From: Myxococcota bacterium
Lineage (GTDB): Bacteria > Myxococcota_A > UBA796 > CAJQPC01
Reading direction: 5' to 3'
Assembly: GCA_036012755.1 (NCBI GenBank)
Contig: DASCPX010000107.1
Location: 1-64,000, forward strand
DNA length: 64,000 bases
The notes under the pieces were generated by a model, which was not told the origin of the DNA, ran no database searches, and was given only the letters and a program-made list of their open reading frames with translations. The number at the start of each line of letters is the position of its first letter. Within the stretch, counting starts at the first letter, position 1. Positions 59,856 to 64,000 of the stretch are shown here, piece by piece. The position numbers and the translations under genes were made by a program.

Positions 59856-61604
59856 TCAGTCTGCCACCAGTACCAGCACCCCTGCTTCGCTGGCCTCGTC
59901 CTGGCAGTGGACCTGCCCGTCTTTCTCCGGCCAGCAGCGCAGCTCGAGTGCGTCGACGAGGTGGAGATCGGTGTATGCCGTGCTCCTGCCGACCACCTTG
60001 ACGGCGAGGGTGTAGTCGCCTTCTGGCACCTCTCCTTGCAGCCCCAGCTCGTCGCCGTCCAGCGCGCGCTCCCCTGCCTGCAGAAGGCGCACCCACTGCA
60101 CCGTGTCACCGTCGATCTGCACTGCGACGGGCACCGACCCTTCGATCTCGAGGGGGATCGGAGGCTGGTCGTCGATTGGCGCGATCGGGTCCGATCGGTA
60201 GTAGAGCCAGGCCGCCGTACCTCCGACGAGCACGACGAGGAAGCCCAAGGCTGCGACGGCGAAGCCGACCATCAGGAGCGGTCCGAGCACCCCCCTCTTC
60301 TTTGGGACCTCTGCGGGCGACGGGGGAAGCGGGGGCGGCGGGGGCCGCGCGATCGGGTCGGGCTCGTCGGCGGGCTCGCCGACGGGCTCGCCGACGGGCT
60401 CGGGCGGCCGTGCCAGGTTCGGCCCCGCGACCGCGTGCTGCACGATGTGTTCGACCGGAGGCTCGGGCTCCGGGCGGAACCCCGACAGCGGCGTGGGCGC
60501 TTCGAGGTCCTCTACCGGTACGCGGCCTGGAGTGCGTCGAGGCCTCCGAGCTCGCGGAGGCGCCGCCTCGGGTTGGGTCGGGCGGGGCTGGTCACCGCTG
60601 GTGCGCGGATCGATGTAGACCTGCTTCCCCGCGAGGACGCCGCTGGGCTCCTCCTCGTCGGGGAAGGCGAGGTCGACCAGTTGGCCCATGCTGTCGGCGC
60701 AGAAGTCTTCGAGCGAGGGACCGCGCGCGCGATCCGCGAAGGCGCGCAGGAGCTTCACGGCCTGCTCGCCCGTGGGGCGCTGACCGGGGCGATCGGCGCA
60801 CATCTGCAGCAACACCTTTCGGACCGCGTGATCCCAGTCCGTCTCGCTCATGCCCGTGTCGCTGATCGCCCCGGCAGCTTTGCGAAGGGCCTCGTGGTGA
60901 CGAGGGCCATCTGGCAACACCTTCAGCCACTGCCCCTCGAGCAGCTCCATGAGCAACAGGCCCAGGGAGTAGATGTCGCTGGTGTGCTCTCCGCGGTCGC
61001 CCTCCCGACGCTCCGGGCTCATGTACTTCAGCGAGCCGAAGCGGAGCATCGCCGTCTCCGCCTCGCGCCCCTCGAAGAAGCCCCGCGCCGTGCCGAAGTC
61101 GAGGACCTTGATCTCGCCCTCCTGCGTCAACATGATGTTGCTCGGCTTGATGTCGCGATGGACGACCTGGAGCGGCGCTTCGTGCCCGTAGGGTGTCTTT
61201 CGGTAGGCGGCGTCGAGCGCCGAGGCGACCTTGGCGCAGATCTGGTAGGCCGCGCGGGGCGGGAGTCGCTCCTTGCGCTCCGCCAGATGCTCCACGACCT
61301 GCTTCAGGTCGAGGCCGTCGACGAACTCCATCACGATGGCGAGCTGGCCGTCGAGCTCGGTCATCTCCTCGACCCGAACGATGTTGGGGTGGCGCAGGCG
61401 GGCCAGCATCCGCGCCTCGTCCTGGGTCCGGATGTGGAACTCGTCCGCGTCGTTCCACTTCTCGCGTAGGACTTTCACTGCCACGAGCCGCGTCAGGCCA
61501 CCCGTCCCGGTGACCTGGGCGAGGTAGACGCGAGCGAAGGTCCCACCGCTCCGTTCGTGGAGCAGCGTGATTTGTTGACGTCCGGGCGCGGAGGAGCGGT
61601 CCAT
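59856..61604 (-). CDS. Transmembrane Ser/Thr protein kinase with small extracytoplasmic beta domain
   Basis: GGTFARV, VAVK, HRDIKPSN, DFG, YMSPE, DIYSLG; Pro-rich linker; TM. Confidence 0.92.
   Translation of the reverse strand: MDRSSAPGRQQITLLHERSGGTFARVYLAQVTGTGGLTRLVAVKVLREKWNDADEFHIRTQDEARMLARLRHPNIVRVEEMTELDGQLAIVMEFVDGLDLKQVVEHLAERKERLPPRAAYQICAKVASALDAAYRKTPYGHEAPLQVVHRDIKPSNIMLTQEGEIKVLDFGTARGFFEGREAETAMLRFGSLKYMSPERREGDRGEHTSDIYSLGLLLMELLEGQWLKVLPDGPRHHEALRKAAGAISDTGMSETDWDHAVRKVLLQMCADRPGQRPTGEQAVKLLRAFADRARGPSLEDFCADSMGQLVDLAFPDEEEPSGVLAGKQVYIDPRTSGDQPRPTQPEAAPPRARRPRRTPGRVPVEDLEAPTPLSGFRPEPEPPVEHIVQHAVAGPNLARPPEPVGEPVGEPADEPDPIARPPPPPLPPSPAEVPKKRGVLGPLLMVGFAVAALGFLVVLVGGTAAWLYYRSDPIAPIDDQPPIPLEIEGSVPVAVQIDGDTVQWVRLLQAGERALDGDELGLQGEVPEGDYTLAVKVVGRSTAYTDLHLVDALELRCWPEKDGQVHCQDEASEAGVLVLVAD
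60359..60402. repeat. 12-bp tandem repeat (CGGGCTCGCCGA, about 3.7 copies) encoding EPVG/EPAD in the kinase linker
   Basis: Direct inspection of the sequence. Confidence 0.75.
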
Positions 61605-61639
61605 GCGGTCTCGCGGGCTCCGGGACGGGCCCAGGGCCG

Positions 61640-61648
61640 AGGATAGCA
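61640..61648 (-). promoter_or_regulatory. Putative extended -10 (TGCTATCCT) for the kinase at 61604
   Basis: TGnTAnnnT in the divergent intergenic region. Confidence 0.45.
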
Positions 61649-61809
61649 CCGCCTTTTCTTCGCCAGGGGACGATGGGCGGAGTCCAGGGGGTTCGCCCGC
61701 GTGTCGATTCGGTTAGACTCCCCGCCGATTCGGACGGGATCCTCCAGTGGAACCCGAGCCGGGCGCGGGCGTCCGACAAGACGCGCGTGCTCCGCACAGG
61801 GAGAATGGA

Positions 61810-62817
61810 ATGCTTCTGGGCTTCTTGTGGCTGACGAGCTGCTTCGTCCTCGACATGATCGGCGGTGACGACGGGGCCTTGCTCCAGGGCGCGGACGCCA
61901 AGCTGAGCGCTGGCGATGTCGCTGGCGCGATCGTCGACTACGAGACCGTGCTCGCCGGCAATCCGGAGAGCGTCGACGCCGCGATCGGCGTGGCCTATGG
62001 CGCCTACGTCAGTGGCGACCTCGGGCGCGCCGAGACCGTGCTCGCCTCTGTCGAGGGTGTCGCGGGCGAGCGACTCAGCGAGATCAAGCTCCGGCGTGCG
62101 CTGGTCGCGATGGCCTCTGGGGACACGGACGCGCTGCGCGAGCACGCGGCCGCCTCGGGTCTGCCGGAGGGCAAGGTCCTCGTCGCAGAGGTGGCCCTGG
62201 CCGACGGTGAGCGCGAAGAGGCCATCGCGCTCCTGCAGGACGCAGCTGGTGCCGGCGGCGAGGTCGCTTCTGCCGCCAACGGCTACCTGGAGCTGCTCGG
62301 GGATGACGATCCTGCCGTGCAGGGTCTGGCCGAGAACTACGCGCTGTGGGCGCTCGGTGCCCGCAGCGTGGCGGTGAAGTCCGTCGAGGAGGTCGTCAAG
62401 AGCGTCCCCGACGATCGCGATCGAAAGGCGGAGGAGCTCTTGTTGTGGGCTGGCCGGGCGGCGGGTGAGGGGGAGACCCTCGTCGCTTCCAGCCTGCTCG
62501 AGGCGATCAGCTTCCCACCGCCGGGGCAGGCGTGGCGTGTTCCGGCGACGCGGGCGATCATCGACTGCGCCGACGGCGAGCACGACACCTGCCTCGCCAC
62601 CTTCGAAGACCTCGACGGAAAGGCCCCTGCGGACGGCCTCCTGCATGCCCGCGCGACCGCTGCCATGCTGGTGGACGACGCCGAGGTCGTCACAGAGCTC
62701 CTTCCGGAGCACCCCAGCGCGGCCTCGGCTCTAGCTGCCGCGATGGCTGGCAATGACTCCATGGCTCGGAGCCTGGCCCCGTCTGGCCTGCTCGCCGAGC
62801 ACCTCAACGCGAGGTAA
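61810..62817 (+). CDS. TPR-like helical repeat lipoprotein
   Basis: MLLGFLWLTSC; GD..GAI..YE.VL..NP..VDA..G.A TPR pattern. Confidence 0.7.
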   Translation: MLLGFLWLTSCFVLDMIGGDDGALLQGADAKLSAGDVAGAIVDYETVLAGNPESVDAAIGVAYGAYVSGDLGRAETVLASVEGVAGERLSEIKLRRALVAMASGDTDALREHAAASGLPEGKVLVAEVALADGEREEAIALLQDAAGAGGEVASAANGYLELLGDDDPAVQGLAENYALWALGARSVAVKSVEEVVKSVPDDRDRKAEELLLWAGRAAGEGETLVASSLLEAISFPPPGQAWRVPATRAIIDCADGEHDTCLATFEDLDGKAPADGLLHARATAAMLVDDAEVVTELLPEHPSAASALAAAMAGNDSMARSLAPSGLLAEHLNAR

Positions 62818-62819
62818 CC

Positions 62820-63278
62820 ATGACACGAAGCATCCTGTCCCTCTTTGCCCTGCTGCTCCTGGCAGTGCTCCCTTCAGAGGCCCTCGCCAAGAAGGGCGCT
62901 GACTCGATCGGCACACGGGTCTACGTCCAGGTCCTGGACGAGGCTGGTGAGCCGATCCGCACGGCGGTCATCCGCCACCCCGATGAGGCCGACCGCCATC
63001 GCGTCAACAGTGTCGACGGCACCTGGGACGACGAGGTCCTCTACCTCCCGGACGGCACGGAGCTCATCTTCACCCCGGGAATGATGCTGGTGCTCGAGGT
63101 GTCGGCGCCTGGCTACGAGACCCAGGTCATCCAGTACCAGGTCCGGCGGCGCAAGAACAACCTGAAGGTCACGCTCACCGAGCTCAAGTACGACGAGGGC
63201 GAGATCGAGGAGCCGATGATGTCCTTTGGACGCGACACCCCGCGCGACGAGAGCGGCGGTGGCGACCCGGCCAACTGA
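62820..63278 (+). CDS. Secreted protein with carboxypeptidase-regulatory/transthyretin-like beta sandwich
   Basis: Canonical signal peptide; V.VLDEAGEPI..A, LEVSAPGY. Confidence 0.6.
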   Translation: MTRSILSLFALLLLAVLPSEALAKKGADSIGTRVYVQVLDEAGEPIRTAVIRHPDEADRHRVNSVDGTWDDEVLYLPDGTELIFTPGMMLVLEVSAPGYETQVIQYQVRRRKNNLKVTLTELKYDEGEIEEPMMSFGRDTPRDESGGGDPAN

Positions 63279-63295
63279 AGAACCAGGAGAGAAGC

Positions 63296-64000
63296 GTGAA
63301 GAAGACTGCACTCGCACTCGCCGTTTTCGGGCTCTCCTCGGTGGCCTGGGCCCAGGACATCGGTTCGATGGAGGATCTGTTCCCGGCCATGCCCTGCCAC
63401 GATGGCTGGGCCGCCTGCCTGGTCGACGGGGCGGAGATCAGCCCCGACGCGGTCCGCGACTCCGCCGGGCGTCCGTTGCCCAGCGACATGCGGGTCGGCT
63501 GGTTCGATCTGGACGCCACCGCGGCCTTCGATCCCTTCCAGGGCCTCTCCGACTACACCGGTGATCTACCCGCCGTGGCCAGCGCAGATGGCGCCGTCGA
63601 TGCCCTCCTCGAGGACGGTGATCCGGCGGTGGCAGCCCTCGATCCGGTCGACAGCGCGGTCGAGGTCGCCTCGGGCGATCCCTCAGGGGACGACCCCGAA
63701 CTGGAGCCGTCCTTCGAGGATCCCGTCGTCGAGCCCACCACCTTCGACGATCCGCCGGATCCTCATTTCGGCGAAAACCCCGGTGGCAAGGGCAACACGG
63801 TGGTGCTCACCGACGATCGGAACACGACCACATCCCCAGGCAACGGCCTCGACTTCACGACGCGCAGCCAGGGACTGGAAGTGGTCGAGCCCGGTCCCGG
63901 ACCGAAGGTCGGCAAGGCCACGAAGAAGGATGATCCCCTGCTGAAGCCCGTGCCCGAGGACGACGAGGACAAGGACACGGAGATCGAGACCGGCGGGATC
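63296..64000 (+). CDS. Secreted acidic protein (3' end beyond window)
   Basis: AGGAG RBS, GTG, MKKTALALAVFGLSSVAWAQD...PCHDGWAAC; frame open to the window end; not in ORF track. Confidence 0.75.
   Translation, partial: MKKTALALAVFGLSSVAWAQDIGSMEDLFPAMPCHDGWAACLVDGAEISPDAVRDSAGRPLPSDMRVGWFDLDATAAFDPFQGLSDYTGDLPAVASADGAVDALLEDGDPAVAALDPVDSAVEVASGDPSGDDPELEPSFEDPVVEPTTFDDPPDPHFGENPGGKGNTVVLTDDRNTTTSPGNGLDFTTRSQGLEVVEPGPGPKVGKATKKDDPLLKPVPEDDEDKDTEIETGGI

Noticed and set aside
60359..60402. Short tandem repeat as CRISPR or regulatory array
   Set aside because: In-frame 12-bp units without spacers, encoding a Pro/Glu linker.

Overview
High-GC (about 70% by eye), very densely packed bacterial chromosomal segment. 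MYXO-CTERM-like tails, DxDxDG...DCDD (MopE-like) repeats, several Hanks-type Ser/Thr kinases and an exported caspase suggest a Myxococcota-related lineage (inference). Bases 288-26304 form one co-directional run of mostly housekeeping genes with many overlapping stop/start codons: tsaE, comEA-like, iscS-like, mnmA, rnc, era, der, mutL, miaA, accA, aroA, cmk, rpsA, lapA-like, rsmB, mutS, amidase, xerD, asd, then membrane and secreted proteins. The remainder mixes core genes (PBP1B, purM, purN, proS, tkt, kynB-like, dus) with lipoproteins and signalling genes. I recognised no rRNA, tRNA, CRISPR array or mobile element. The most notable observations are: (1) a four-gene module of ECF sigma, DUF4384-like anti-sigma, exported caspase with a beta-barrel-like C-terminus, and a lipoprotein; (2) a transmembrane Ser/Thr kinase whose extracytoplasmic end resembles a ComEA helix-hairpin-helix DNA-binding domain; (3) about a dozen ultra-short signal peptides lacking a positively charged n-region; (4) signs of leaderless and bidirectional minimal promoters; (5) an HRN pseudokinase fused to an FGE-like domain; (6) an orphan PfaD-type enoyl reductase. 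All calls are from motif recognition by eye; no searches were run.
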